The notes under the pieces were generated by a model that saw only the letters and a program-made list of their open reading frames with translations, did not search any database and had not been told where the DNA came from. A DNA stretch of 64,000 nt. Origin: Betaproteobacteria bacterium TMED22. Its GTDB lineage: Bacteria > Pseudomonadota > Gammaproteobacteria > Burkholderiales > Eutrophovitaceae. This document shows positions 1-10,393 of the stretch, piece after piece. Location: assembly GCA_002167745.1 (NCBI GenBank), contig NHCB01000016.1, forward strand, positions 6,623-70,622. The letters run 5' to 3'. How positions within the stretch are numbered: position 1 is the stretch's first letter; every line of letters starts with the position of its first letter. The translations under genes were made by a program, and so were the position numbers.

Positions 1-1
1 C

Positions 2-991
2 TATCTAGGATACGCTGCAACTGGCTCAGTTCCCTTTGGGTCTGTATTTTTATTGTTGGCCTTGGGTAGCGTAAAAAATCTGCCTGTCTTATTTTCATTA
101 AGCATTATTTTATCGGTTACACTCAGCTTGAGTCGCTGGTATCGAGACTCTGAGATGGTGGTGTGGGCGTCTTCGGGAAAATCATTGTCTGCGTGGGTCT
201 TGCCCACTTTATGGTTTGTGTCTCCAATTGCCATGATGGTCGCCGTTTTGAGTTTATTTATAGCACCTTGGGCTGAGCAGCGGTTAGAAACTGAAAAGCA
301 AGCGCTAGAAGTCAATGACGATATCTCGACCGTATCGCCCGGGGTCTTTCTTGAATCTAAGGATGGTTCAACGGTTTTTTTCGTCGACAGTCTTGATCCG
401 AATGTGCAGGGGTTAAACGGAGTTTTTATCTTTAACCGCGAAGCTAACGGAGTCTCAATAACGAGCGCGAGCCGTGGTCGTCAAGAAGCGTCGACCCAAG
501 GCATTAGTTACTTAGTGGTCGAGGATGGGTATCGGTACACCGAGTTCGATCAATCTCAGGATTTCGATGTGACTAAGTTCGCTACATACGGGATCAGAAT
601 GGATAAAAGTCCTGTTAAAAAACCTTACGTTCATCTTGGTGGTAGATCAACGATGTCACTGATTGAAGAGGCCTCACCTCATGGTTTTTCTGAGTTGGTA
701 TGGAGAATAGGTTTGCCGCTGAGTGCGATTTTGCTAGCACTCATCAGCATTCCAATATCTTTTGTTAACAATAGAGGGGGGCGTTCATATAGCGTAGTGG
801 TGGGCGTCCTATTATTTCTTTTCTATAAGAACATGCTGGGTATTGTTCAAACCCAAGTTCACCAATCTAGTTGGTCCTTATGGATGGGCCTCACCTTGCC
901 ACATGTCATTACTTTGGTTATTTTTATGTGGCTACTGCTCTTTCGGATGGGGGCGCTAAAAAGAGGCTTGCTTAGGAAGAGGTTTACGTGA
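2..991 (+). CDS. lptF: LPS export ABC permease LptF (5'-partial)
   Basis: Frame open from nt 2; motifs 'RWYRDSEMVVWASSG' and 'SELVWRIGLPL'; stop overlaps lptG start. Confidence 0.93.
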   Translation, partial: YLGYAATGSVPFGSVFLLLALGSVKNLPVLFSLSIILSVTLSLSRWYRDSEMVVWASSGKSLSAWVLPTLWFVSPIAMMVAVLSLFIAPWAEQRLETEKQALEVNDDISTVSPGVFLESKDGSTVFFVDSLDPNVQGLNGVFIFNREANGVSITSASRGRQEASTQGISYLVVEDGYRYTEFDQSQDFDVTKFATYGIRMDKSPVKKPYVHLGGRSTMSLIEEASPHGFSELVWRIGLPLSAILLALISIPISFVNNRGGRSYSVVVGVLLFLFYKNMLGIVQTQVHQSSWSLWMGLTLPHVITLVIFMWLLLFRMGALKRGLLRKRFT

Positions 992-2067
992 AGACAATAC
1001 GAAAATATATTGTTACCGAGGCGCTTATAAGTATTTCATCCGTTTTATTTTTGTTTGTTGCCTTATTTTTTCTTTTCGATCTCATCCAAGGAATCGCTGA
1101 GGGAGAGCAGTCAAACAGTGGATTTAGGTTGACTTTCGTTCGTTCAGTCCTGGAGCTGCCCTCTTGGGCTTACGAGTTGGTTCCGCTTTCTGCGCTTACG
1201 GGCACGTTAATCGCACTCGCGAGATTTTCGTCTCAATCTGAGTACGTTGTGATGCGAAGCGCGGGGATGTCTCTAAGAAACCTTGTATCAACACTCTCTA
1301 TTGTTGCCTTGATTGCGTCCTTCGTGACTCTTTTCGTTGGTGAGGTAATAGTGCCAAAGGCAGAAAGAGTGCTCCAGACTATAAATGTCAGTTCTGGACC
1401 AGAACAGCATGTCATCGCTCAGACTTTTCGTTCGGGCCATTGGATTAAGGATCAGGACCGGATCATTAATGTGACGAGGCTGACTAAAAATTATGAATTG
1501 TCGGGTATTTTGATATATGAATTAAATGATGCTGATCGTTCGGTTAACCGCATCATAAAAGCCTCTAATGGCATTATAGAGGATAACAAATGGCAATTGA
1601 GCGACGTGCTGGTCACCGATATCCACTCTGACCGATTAGTTCGCTTCGCGTCTCCATCTTTGATTTTGAGTACCTTGATCAACCCCAAAATTCTTAATTC
1701 GTTACTTTTGGGGGAGACCCACCTTACTTATCTCGAGCTTGCCAGGTATATTGAGCATCTTGAAAATAATGGCGAAGAAGTTTACCGATATAAATCGGCA
1801 CAGTGGTCAAAGATTAGTCATTTAGTCACGGTGTTTTTATTGGTATTAATTGCGGCAGCATTCATCAGCTTTGAGAATCGAGGTCGTCACGCAGGTTTTT
1901 GGATTTTCATCGGAATTGCTTCTGGTGTCGGGCTCTACTTTATTACTCAATTGATCAACTCAATAGGCACAATTGGACGTTGGCATCCCGCGACGTATAG
2001 CTTAATCCCCATCCTTTTAATTTTGATTGCCGCATATTTTTTTATGGTGAGTCGAGAGCGACGATAG
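988..2067 (+). CDS. lptG: LPS export ABC permease LptG
   Basis: 'QSEYVVMRSAGMS' motif, LptF/G topology, tandem with lptF. Confidence 0.92.
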   Translation: MKTIRKYIVTEALISISSVLFLFVALFFLFDLIQGIAEGEQSNSGFRLTFVRSVLELPSWAYELVPLSALTGTLIALARFSSQSEYVVMRSAGMSLRNLVSTLSIVALIASFVTLFVGEVIVPKAERVLQTINVSSGPEQHVIAQTFRSGHWIKDQDRIINVTRLTKNYELSGILIYELNDADRSVNRIIKASNGIIEDNKWQLSDVLVTDIHSDRLVRFASPSLILSTLINPKILNSLLLGETHLTYLELARYIEHLENNGEEVYRYKSAQWSKISHLVTVFLLVLIAAAFISFENRGRHAGFWIFIGIASGVGLYFITQLINSIGTIGRWHPATYSLIPILLILIAAYFFMVSRERR

Positions 2068-2080
2068 CCCTACGTTATAT

Positions 2081-2527
2081 TCAAGCCTTACGCTCTGTTA
2101 ACATCACTTTCGTGCCGAGCAATTTATCTTGAGGCAACTGATTGTCCTTTGTAATTAAGAGTAGCGCTGGCCCAATCAAGGTGCCATTAAATGCTGCGCA
2201 TAGGACCAACCTTGCGCTCGCCAATATGACCGTTAGCCGATTTTCCGATTTGTTTGTGATTTTGAGTCCCCAAGATTTTTGCGCAAGGCTTTGGCCAGAG
2301 GTGCACCAGCACAAAACGTAGTAAGCCCAGACACCGAATATTATGGTTGATCCAACGACAGATCTCAGCACAACTATGTCTGCTGAACCTATGATGGCTG
2401 TCGTGACGAATCCGATAGCGAGGGCTAATGCGGCTGTTGTTATGCATTCGTAGCCAAGGGAGCATAATTGCCGCACTTTACTGGGCCGATATTTTTGATG
2501 ATTGTGAGTTTTATGAGAATTAAGCAT
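2081..2527 (-). CDS. RDD family membrane protein
   Basis: 'GQSLAQKSWGLKI' and C-terminal 'QLPQDKLLGTKV' are RDD-like; usual position after lptG. Confidence 0.8.
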   Translation of the reverse strand: MLNSHKTHNHQKYRPSKVRQLCSLGYECITTAALALAIGFVTTAIIGSADIVVLRSVVGSTIIFGVWAYYVLCWCTSGQSLAQKSWGLKITNKSENRLTVILASARLVLCAAFNGTLIGPALLLITKDNQLPQDKLLGTKVMLTERKA

Positions 2528-2625
2528 TCCCTGCCATCCATTTAATAGAAAGTTTAATATTTTACGTTTTGTCAGATTCTGAGTGTAACTGAGACGTCAA
2601 TAATCGGGTAGACTATAGCTCTTAC

Positions 2626-2830
2626 ATGAGTCAACTTGATTTTACTAATCATTATCTTAATTCCCATGCCAAGCGTGGTCGATTCTTGTTTTTCCTTTCA
2701 TATAGTTCACATTTGCGAATATGACAGTCACGGGACGCTAGACTTGATTGTAAAAAAATCGTGTGACATGAAAATCGATGAATTGCTCATGGCGCATGGT
2801 CCAAACGCGGAGTCAGGTGCTTGCATTGAG
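2626..2830 (+). pseudogene. yqgE: Frameshifted, internally deleted YqgE/AlgH remnant
   Basis: ATG 2626 reads MSQLDFTNHYL. After one extra base (~2659) it continues IPMPSVVDSCFSFHIVHICEYDSHGTLDLIVKKSCDMKIDELL, matching the YqgE N-terminus pattern (LTNHFLIAMP..DPNF...ICEH...GALGLVVNRP). Lies directly upstream of ruvX, the canonical position. End coordinate approximate. Confidence 0.8.
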
Positions 2831-3266
2831 CAAAACTAAAACGAACAAATTGTTTTTAGCTTTTGATTATGGCGGGGCACGGGTCGGGGTGGCTATGGGA
2901 GACGCTTCGATTGGTATTGCTCATCCGGTAAGAACCATCGCGTATAAAACAGCAAGGGAGTTGATGGATGAAATTGAGATTATCGTTAAAGAATGGAGCC
3001 CGTCGGCCCTGGTTGTAGGGATGCCCAAACAAGAAAATGGGAAACCACATATATTAGAAAAGAGAGTCAATCGGTTTTGTAAAACGCTTGAGTCCAGATT
3101 TGAACTTATGGTACATACTATTGACGAGAGCTATACCTCAGTAGAGGCCGATCAACTTCTGGCGAACAACAAAGTGAGGTGGGCAAGAAGAAAGAAGATG
3201 ATCGATATGGTTGCCGCACAACTGATTCTTGAAGATTTTTTTGCTAACTCTTTGGAGGAGAACTAA
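2826..3266 (+). CDS. ruvX: YqgF/RuvX pre-16S rRNA nuclease
   Basis: 'LAFDYGGARVGVA', 'VVGMP', 'DESYTS', 'IDMVAAQLILE'; TTG 2826 chosen as likely start. Confidence 0.92.
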   Translation: MSKTKTNKLFLAFDYGGARVGVAMGDASIGIAHPVRTIAYKTARELMDEIEIIVKEWSPSALVVGMPKQENGKPHILEKRVNRFCKTLESRFELMVHTIDESYTSVEADQLLANNKVRWARRKKMIDMVAAQLILEDFFANSLEEN

Positions 3267-3270
3267 GGCT

Positions 3271-3753
3271 GTGTTTGATTCAAAATTACTTGCTGAGTCG
3301 CTTCTTGGACAAGTGACCGAGGCGCTTGGGACTAATAGTTTATTGATCGGCATTGAAACCGGTGGTGTTGTTGTTTTAGGTTATCTTATTAAAGAACTTG
3401 ATATTGATGTGGCTTTCGCGTCTGTGGATGTCAGTTTTCATCGGGACGATTTTGAGATCCGTGGGCTCGCTAAAAGTAAAAAAAGTACTTCAATTGATGT
3501 GGTTCTTGATGGCCGCGACGTAATATTAGTTGACGATGTGATTCAGTCGGGCAGAACGGCTCGAGCTGCGGTGAATGAAATTTATGATTTTGGCAGACCA
3601 AAAACTGTTCAATTAGCTACCTTGGTAGACCGTGGAGGCCGAGAGTTACCGATGGAACCACAGTTTGTTGGAGGATTTGTTGATGTTCCCGACAGCCAAA
3701 AAATTGCAGTTCGATTGGATAAAAACAAGGAGTTAGAGGTCTATGTTGTCTAG
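3271..3753 (+). CDS. pyrR: PyrR / uracil phosphoribosyltransferase
   Basis: 'FHRDDF', 'VDDVIQSGRTARAA', 'LVDRGGRELP'; GTG 3271 after GAGGAG. Confidence 0.92.
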   Translation: MFDSKLLAESLLGQVTEALGTNSLLIGIETGGVVVLGYLIKELDIDVAFASVDVSFHRDDFEIRGLAKSKKSTSIDVVLDGRDVILVDDVIQSGRTARAAVNEIYDFGRPKTVQLATLVDRGGRELPMEPQFVGGFVDVPDSQKIAVRLDKNKELEVYVV

Positions 3754-3771
3754 GATAAACGGAGTTAGTTC

Positions 3772-4719
3772 GTGACTGATGACATACAGATAAATGATGG
3801 AGGGACGCTTCGGCACCTGCTTACCTTAGAAAATTTATCTGGAGAACTAGTTAGTGAAATTCTCGACCGCGCTCAAAATTTCTTGTCTATTGGAGACCGG
3901 AAAACTAAAAAGCTACCTTTATTACGCGGAAGATCTGTATTCAACCTTTTTTTTGAAAACAGTACGCGCACCCGTACAACGTTTGAAATAGCCGCCAAGA
4001 GGCTCTCGGCGGATGTGGTCAACTTAAATATCGCTACTTCGTCGCAAAGTAAAGGCGAGAGTTTGCTAGACATGATTGATAATTTAGTGGCGATGCAAGC
4101 TGATATGTTTGTGGTGCGCCACGCCCAAAGCGATGCGGCTAACATGATTGCTAGACATGTCCCTAAGGGGATACATATTATCAATGCTGGAGCCGGTAGC
4201 CATTCACACCCGACTCAGGGCTTGCTTGACGCATTTACAATCAGGCATTTTAAAAAAGATTTCACTGGTTTGAAAATTGTGATAATCGGCGATATTCTCC
4301 ATTCGCGGGTTGCTCGGTCGCAAATTCACGTGCTTAAAGCGCTCGGTGTGCATGAAATTCGGGTAGTAGGGCCTGAAACCTTGGTTCCCGAATCGTTATC
4401 TGAAATGGGTGTCAGCGTTTACAACGATGTCGACTCTGCTATCAAGGGCGCAGACGTTGTAACGACACTGCGGCTGCAAAATGAGCGTATGGAAGTTTCA
4501 TTGGTGCCAAGCGTGCAACAATTTCACAAAGACTATGGTTTAACAAAAGAACGTTTGGCCCTCGCTCATCCCGAAGCTATTGTCCTGCATCCCGGCCCAA
4601 TCAATCGTGGAGTGGAAATTGCGTCGGAGGTCGCTGATGGGCCTCAGGCTGTCATTTTACGTCAGGTAACGTTTGGGATAGCTGTCCGAATGGCCGTAAT
4701 GTCATTATTGCAAGATTAG
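3772..4719 (+). CDS. pyrB: Aspartate carbamoyltransferase catalytic subunit
   Basis: '[13 protein letters not shown]', 'HPTQGLLD', '[11 protein letters not shown]'. Confidence 0.97.
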   Translation: MTDDIQINDGGTLRHLLTLENLSGELVSEILDRAQNFLSIGDRKTKKLPLLRGRSVFNLFFENSTRTRTTFEIAAKRLSADVVNLNIATSSQSKGESLLDMIDNLVAMQADMFVVRHAQSDAANMIARHVPKGIHIINAGAGSHSHPTQGLLDAFTIRHFKKDFTGLKIVIIGDILHSRVARSQIHVLKALGVHEIRVVGPETLVPESLSEMGVSVYNDVDSAIKGADVVTTLRLQNERMEVSLVPSVQQFHKDYGLTKERLALAHPEAIVLHPGPINRGVEIASEVADGPQAVILRQVTFGIAVRMAVMSLLQD

Positions 4720-4898
4720 TTACTTTTAAATGTGCTCGCCCAGTTCACGAGATATTCTAAATGGCTTATCATCGGGCGCGAACAGGTACTTGCCATCGTT
4801 ATTCGGTGTGTTCTCGTGGAAACTAACTTGAGTCCGATATGACTAATGTGAGTAACAAATATCAGACAAAATCTACCTAAAAACAAGGTGTAATCGCT

Positions 4899-6941
4899 AT
4901 GATCAAAAATAATGCGCTGTGTGATTTTAAGAACTTACCGAGCTTTTCGAGTTTTAAGATTGAGGATGTGAGGCCCGCGATTAAATATTTAATCGAGCAG
5001 GCTGAGAACACTATCGAGCAAGTTTCGTCACAATGCGAGAGTACCTGGGAAGACACAGTTGAACCAATCACTGCCGCCGTAGATCGATTGGGCAGGGCTT
5101 GGGGGCAGGTTGGTCATTTGAACTCAGTGGTTAACACGGAAGATTTGAGGGTGATTTACAACGATTTGTTACCCGAGGTGTCCGATTTTTATTCCCGCTT
5201 ATCCCAAAATAAAGAAATTTACCAAAGTTTCAATAATGTGTATGACGCCAAGGGGCCAAATAAATTAAACGGTGAGCGTATAAAGCTACTGGAGAACGAG
5301 CTTAGGGATTACCGACTGAGCGGCGTTGGTCTGAATGAGCGAGAACAAAAGACGTATCAGGAGCTATCTAAAAAACTAGCTTCCCTTTCAGCAAAATTCA
5401 GTGATAACGTGCTCGACGCTACCGATCAGTATACGCTGAATATTACCGATTTTGATCGGCTTAAGGGTTTGCCAGACGCGATCATTGCTGAAGCAAAGTC
5501 AAAGGCTAAGTCCATGCATAAGACTGGTTGGTCTTTTACGCTGAAGGCGCCTTGTTGGGTTCCGTTTATGGAGAGCTGTATTGATCGCGGTCTCCGCCAG
5601 GAGATGTATCGTGCTTACGTGACTAGGGCGTCAGATTGCGGTGCACCTGAGTATGATAATTCAAAAATAATTATCGATATTCTGGGTGCTCGTTGTAAGA
5701 AAGCTAAGTTACTAGGTTTTGATAGTTTTGCGCATTTATCGTTTGCAACTAAAATGGCGGTCGAGCCAAAGCGTGCCCTAGATCTAATGACTGAATTGTC
5801 GCTAAAAGCCCGGTCTCGAGCTGAATCTGAGTACGAAATACTTAAAGACTATGCTTCATCTCATTTGGATATCAGTAATTTAATGCCTTGGGATATTAGT
5901 TTCGTCGCGCAAAAAATTAAGGAAGAGCGTTATACCTTTAAAGATGAAGATTTAAGGCAATATTTTCCACTTAAAAGGTGTGTCAACGGTTTATTTGATT
6001 TATTAAATAGTCTTTACGGTGTTTCTGTTTTGGAGAAGCAGGCGGAAGTTTGGAATCCGAGCGTGAAGTTATATGAGGTGAAGGATCATCTCGGGCATTC
6101 AATCGGTTATTTTTACATGGATTTGTTCGCTAGAAATGGTAAGCGGTCTGGAGCATGGATGGATGACGCAGTTGGAAGATGGAAGACAGGTCGTCATACG
6201 CAAATACCTGTGGCCTATCTGGTATGTAATTTCCCATCGGCAACGAATAAGTCTTCAGATGCTTATCTCAGTCATAATGAAGTGGAAACACTGTTTCATG
6301 AATGTGGACATGTTATGCATCACTTGATGACTCAAATTGATGAATTGGGTATATCGGGCATTAATGGGGTGGAATGGGACGCAGTAGAATTGCCAAGTCA
6401 GTTCATGGAGAATTTTTGCTGGGATTGGAACATTATAAAAAAAATCTCGAGTAATGTTTCTGGAGATGGACATATGCCCGAGGATTTATTTAAGAAGATG
6501 GTTGAGGCGAAAAACTTTATGAGCGGAATACAAACGCTTCGACAAGTTGAGTTCTCTGTCTTCGATTTACTTGTGCATCTTGATTCGCCAGCGGGAAGTC
6601 TAGAGGAGTTGATGAAGATTCTTGAGGGGCTTCGTAAAGATCTCTCAGTAATCCCCGTTCCCGAATATAATCGGTTTCCACATAGTTTTTCTCACATATT
6701 TGCTGGCGGATACGCTGCTGGGTACTACAGCTATAAATGGGCGGAGGTTTTGTCTGCGGATGCATTCGGCATGTCTCAAGAGAATTCAATGTCTCTGGGG
6801 GAAGTGGGCGCGAAGTTTTTGGAGGAGGTGATTTCGAAGGGCGGGTTGAGGTCCTCTTTGGAGAACTTCATAGGCTTCCGAGGCAGAGAGCCAAATATTG
6901 ACGCACTGTTGCAGCATACTGGTTTATCTGAGCCGGCGTGA
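4899..6941 (+). CDS. prlC: Oligopeptidase A (M3A)
   Basis: HExxH 'FHECGHVMHH', 'VEWDAVELPSQFMEN', 'GYAAGYYSYKWAEVL'. Confidence 0.95.
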   Translation: MIKNNALCDFKNLPSFSSFKIEDVRPAIKYLIEQAENTIEQVSSQCESTWEDTVEPITAAVDRLGRAWGQVGHLNSVVNTEDLRVIYNDLLPEVSDFYSRLSQNKEIYQSFNNVYDAKGPNKLNGERIKLLENELRDYRLSGVGLNEREQKTYQELSKKLASLSAKFSDNVLDATDQYTLNITDFDRLKGLPDAIIAEAKSKAKSMHKTGWSFTLKAPCWVPFMESCIDRGLRQEMYRAYVTRASDCGAPEYDNSKIIIDILGARCKKAKLLGFDSFAHLSFATKMAVEPKRALDLMTELSLKARSRAESEYEILKDYASSHLDISNLMPWDISFVAQKIKEERYTFKDEDLRQYFPLKRCVNGLFDLLNSLYGVSVLEKQAEVWNPSVKLYEVKDHLGHSIGYFYMDLFARNGKRSGAWMDDAVGRWKTGRHTQIPVAYLVCNFPSATNKSSDAYLSHNEVETLFHECGHVMHHLMTQIDELGISGINGVEWDAVELPSQFMENFCWDWNIIKKISSNVSGDGHMPEDLFKKMVEAKNFMSGIQTLRQVEFSVFDLLVHLDSPAGSLEELMKILEGLRKDLSVIPVPEYNRFPHSFSHIFAGGYAAGYYSYKWAEVLSADAFGMSQENSMSLGEVGAKFLEEVISKGGLRSSLENFIGFRGREPNIDALLQHTGLSEPA

Positions 6942-7001
6942 TGAGGGATTTGAGTGGCCGTAGTAAAGAATATTTTTGTGAATGAGTGAAAGGCTACCAC
7001 G

Positions 7002-7769
7002 ATGCGGATAGTGACATGGAATGTAAATTCTTTAAAAGTTAGATTGCTCCATTTAGAATCCTTGCTAAAGGAGCACACGCCTGATTTTATCTGTCTGCAG
7101 GAAACGAAGACAGAGGATCAAAATTTTTTGAGAGAGGAGATAGAAGAGCTGGGTTATTCCGTTGTTTACCATGGACAAAAGACTTATAACGGCGTGGCTA
7201 TCCTATCCCGCGAGAAAATGCATGATGTTCAGGTAGGTATTCCTGGTTTACAAGATGAGCAAGCTCGAGTAATCGCTGCAACAAGCGCTGACGGTTTACG
7301 ACTGATTAATGCTTACGTACCTAATGGAGAGTCCACTGATTCTCAAAAGTATCAATATAAGCTCAAGTGGTTACGTGCTTTTGTGGATTTTGTTCTTGCT
7401 GAGGCTGCCCAGTGTAGTGAGCTTGTGGTTTTGGGCGATTTTAATATCGCCCCAAAAGACCAAGATGTTTATGATGCTGAGGCGTTCCGTGGGAAAGTGT
7501 TGTGCTCTAAGCAAGAACGAGATCTATATCAAGAGCTACTGAATTCGGGTTTATGCGATAGCTTGGATGAGTTTCTTGATGGTTCAGAAAGATTTACATG
7601 GTGGGATTATAGGATGAATGCATTTAGGAGGAAGCTTGGTTTAAGGATTGACCATATATTAATGTCCGATGCGGTGCGCGAGCAATGCATATCAGTCGAA
7701 GTACTTAAATCTTATAGAAAAATGGAACGACCTTCTGACCACGCTCCTGTTATGGCAAGCACTCACTGA
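7002..7769 (+). CDS. xth: Exodeoxyribonuclease III
   Basis: 'TWNVNS', 'LQETK', 'GDFNIAP', 'RIDHIL', 'SDHAPV'. Confidence 0.96.
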   Translation: MRIVTWNVNSLKVRLLHLESLLKEHTPDFICLQETKTEDQNFLREEIEELGYSVVYHGQKTYNGVAILSREKMHDVQVGIPGLQDEQARVIAATSADGLRLINAYVPNGESTDSQKYQYKLKWLRAFVDFVLAEAAQCSELVVLGDFNIAPKDQDVYDAEAFRGKVLCSKQERDLYQELLNSGLCDSLDEFLDGSERFTWWDYRMNAFRRKLGLRIDHILMSDAVREQCISVEVLKSYRKMERPSDHAPVMASTH

Positions 7770-7806
7770 CGCATGAATGTGGTCCCAAGCTAATGTGCCA
7801 TCCTAT

Positions 7807-9207
7807 CTATTTTTTATCGAGTGAGAGATTGAGCTCAGATATCTTCCGAGCAATAGTATTCCTTCCGATGCCGAGTAAATTTGCTGCTTCTATTTTCCGT
7901 CCAGAGGTGAATGTTAAAGCCCTCGATATAAGCGCTTTTTCAAAAGTTTGCGTTAATCCCTCATATAAGCCAGTACCGCCGTTGAGTAAGAGTTGGTCGA
8001 CTTCTTTGCCAAGTAATTGATGCCATCCCTCGTTTGGATCGATTGTTTTGTCGATTTCATGTTTGAAATCTTTTGGAAGATCTGAGACGTCAACGGATGC
8101 TCCTGGTGCCATAATCGTCACCCAATGACAGAGATTTTCTAGTTGACGTACGTTGCCATGCCATGATTTAGTTTGCAGGTAACTAAGAGCTTCTTCAGTA
8201 AAAGACTTCCTTTGAGCATTTAGCTTGATTGCATTTCTTTCTAGGAAAAAATCGGCAAGTAGTGGGATGTCCTCACTTCGCTCCCTGAGCGGTGGCACTT
8301 TTACTCGAATGACATTGAGTCGGTGAAAAAGGTCTTCGCGAAATAATCCCTCCTCTACTCTTTGTTCTAGATCTTGGTGCGTGGCTGCGAGTACCCTTAC
8401 GTTAGCTTTGAGGGGATCATGACCACCGACGCGGTAGTAGTGTCCATCAGATAAAACACGGAGTAGTCTCGTTTGTAGCTCTGCGGGCATGTCACCTATC
8501 TCATCGAGAAATAGCGTCCCGCCTGCAGCTTGTTCAAATCGTCCTTTCCTAGTTGTTTGAGCGCCGGTAAATGAGCCCCGCTCATGTCCAAACAATTCCG
8601 ATTCGAGTAATTCTTTAGGGATTGATGCCGTATTTATGGCGACAAACGGCTTGCTGCTACGCTGACTGTGCTGATGAAGTGCTTGAGCAATGAGCTCTTT
8701 TCCTGTTCCTGATTCGCCTGTTATTAGTACAGTTGCGTCTGTTTGTGATAGACGTCCGATTGTTCTAAAAACCTCTTGCATCGATTTCGCTTGACCTAAA
8801 AGGCCATTCGGATTTACAGAGTTATCCGTATTTGAGGTTTGCTCATCACTTTTTTTTATCGCACGTTGAATCAGCTCGACCGCAGCATCGATATCGAATG
8901 GTTTTGCTAAGTATTCGAACGCCCCTCTTTGAAAGGCAGCGACAGCACTATCCAAATCGGAATGCGCAGTCATGATGATTGTTGGAACTTTTGGAAATTT
9001 TGCATTGATTTCATTTAAGAGCTCAAGTCCGCTATTTCCGCTCATCCGGATGTCACTGACCACAACTGATGGTTGCTCTATGCGCAGCGCCGCACTCGCC
9101 TCCTCGGCAGACGAGAATAATCGAAAGTCAATTTTTTCGCGTATTAATGTTTTTTCGAAAACCCATCGAATAGACTGATCATCGTCGACAATCCAAACCT
9201 TAGCCAT
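7807..9207 (-). CDS. ntrC: Nitrogen regulation protein NR(I), NtrC
   Basis: REC domain, AAA+ ('GESGTGKE', 'GSFTGA') and Fis-type HTH ('[11 protein letters not shown]'); in glnA-ntrB-ntrC order. Confidence 0.96.
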   Translation of the reverse strand: MAKVWIVDDDQSIRWVFEKTLIREKIDFRLFSSAEEASAALRIEQPSVVVSDIRMSGNSGLELLNEINAKFPKVPTIIMTAHSDLDSAVAAFQRGAFEYLAKPFDIDAAVELIQRAIKKSDEQTSNTDNSVNPNGLLGQAKSMQEVFRTIGRLSQTDATVLITGESGTGKELIAQALHQHSQRSSKPFVAINTASIPKELLESELFGHERGSFTGAQTTRKGRFEQAAGGTLFLDEIGDMPAELQTRLLRVLSDGHYYRVGGHDPLKANVRVLAATHQDLEQRVEEGLFREDLFHRLNVIRVKVPPLRERSEDIPLLADFFLERNAIKLNAQRKSFTEEALSYLQTKSWHGNVRQLENLCHWVTIMAPGASVDVSDLPKDFKHEIDKTIDPNEGWHQLLGKEVDQLLLNGGTGLYEGLTQTFEKALISRALTFTSGRKIEAANLLGIGRNTIARKISELNLSLDKK

Positions 9208-10288
9208 TTGTGTGTTCTCCTAGGTGTTGCGTTGATTTAATCGGGATCAATACCGTAAAACATGTATTCCCTGGTTGGGATTCGACATCTATGGTTCCGC
9301 TGTGATGGCTAATAAAAGTTTGAGATAAGGAAAGTCCTAATCCGCTACCATCATTTTTGCCTGAAACGAGAGGAAAAAATATTTTGTCTATTAACGATTT
9401 TGGTATGCCAGGCCCGTTGTCAGAAATCTCTATGAATAACCCTAATTTAAAGAACTGGTTTGCTAGCGTAACGCGTCGCGCAACTCTTGTTGTTATTTTG
9501 ATTAAACCTTTGCCGCAAAGGGCTTGGGCAGCATTTCGCGCTACGTTCAAAAAAGCCTGAGTTATTTGTTGTTTATCACCTAATATTTCTGGAAGACTTA
9601 AATCATAGTCTCGTTCGATCCGTAAGCCAGATGAGAACTCAGCGAGTATGACCGAGCGGATTTGTTCGAGTACTTCATGAATATTGAAGCCTTTCATTTG
9701 AGGTATCTTATGCGGAGTCAATAATCGGTCAAGCAAGTCTTTGAGCCGATCGGCCTCCTTAATAATTACAGACGTATATTCATGAAGTTCTTCTTTGTCC
9801 AGCTCGCGGTCAAGTAGTTGCGCAGCTCCTCGAAGCGCTCCTAGAGGATTTTTTATCTCGTGAGCTAGGTTTCTTATTAGTTCTCGACTATGGTTCGTTT
9901 CTGAGATGATTCGTTGCTCGCGGGCAATCTTTGTTTGTTGAGATGCTGAAGAAAATTCAATTAAAAAATCGTGTTCGCTGATGTCTGCTACGGGAGTGAC
10001 TGTAAATGAGAGTTCTGTTTTTTTTTGGTCGTGAATTTGAAATGGAATCTCGTGTTGAATATAACTACAACGATGGCGTCGGGCATGTTCAACCCCTATG
10101 AGCATTGCGCTAGGATTAACAAAAAGCTTTTTTAATGAGGTGCCTTTAGCGCTTTTTCGACTTATGTCAAACAGATGTTCTGCCGCCGGGTTTATATAGC
10201 TGATGCAGTTATATTGATCAATTAATACGACTGCAGAAGACAGCATTTCTAATCCGGGGAAATCAGTAAATTCTTTAATTGCGTTCAT
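9200..10288 (-). CDS. ntrB: Nitrogen regulation sensor kinase NtrB
   Basis: PAS domain, 'LAHEIKNPLG' H-box, 'DNGPGI', 'GSGLGL'. Confidence 0.95.
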   Translation of the reverse strand: MNAIKEFTDFPGLEMLSSAVVLIDQYNCISYINPAAEHLFDISRKSAKGTSLKKLFVNPSAMLIGVEHARRHRCSYIQHEIPFQIHDQKKTELSFTVTPVADISEHDFLIEFSSASQQTKIAREQRIISETNHSRELIRNLAHEIKNPLGALRGAAQLLDRELDKEELHEYTSVIIKEADRLKDLLDRLLTPHKIPQMKGFNIHEVLEQIRSVILAEFSSGLRIERDYDLSLPEILGDKQQITQAFLNVARNAAQALCGKGLIKITTRVARRVTLANQFFKLGLFIEISDNGPGIPKSLIDKIFFPLVSGKNDGSGLGLSLSQTFISHHSGTIDVESQPGNTCFTVLIPIKSTQHLGEHTNG

Positions 10289-10350
10289 GTCAGATCCGCG
10301 CCTAGATTTTTATCGGAGGTTTTTGTGTCTGCTGATGAATTTTTAAGATT

Positions 10351-10378
10351 AAAAGCTGCGACCAAGAGGTCGCAGCTT
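10351..10378 (-). terminator. Rho-independent terminator after glnA
   Basis: 11-bp stem AAGCTGCGACC/GGTCGCAGCTT with 4-nt loop, running into TTTT on the minus strand, just past the glnA stop. Confidence 0.75.
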
Positions 10379-10393
10379 GTCTCGTTTCTCTAG

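Noticed and set aside
2636-2839. 67-aa ORF as a novel small protein
   Set aside because: It is the second frame of the yqgE pseudogene
4717-4842. 40 open codons in frame after the pyrB TAG (possible readthrough or pyrrolysine)
   Set aside because: PyrB ends at its normal position, the extension resembles nothing I recognise, and no pyl genes are in the window
7807-9207. NtrC has GSFTGA rather than GAFTGA
   Set aside because: Common functional variant, and the sigma-54 promoter is intact
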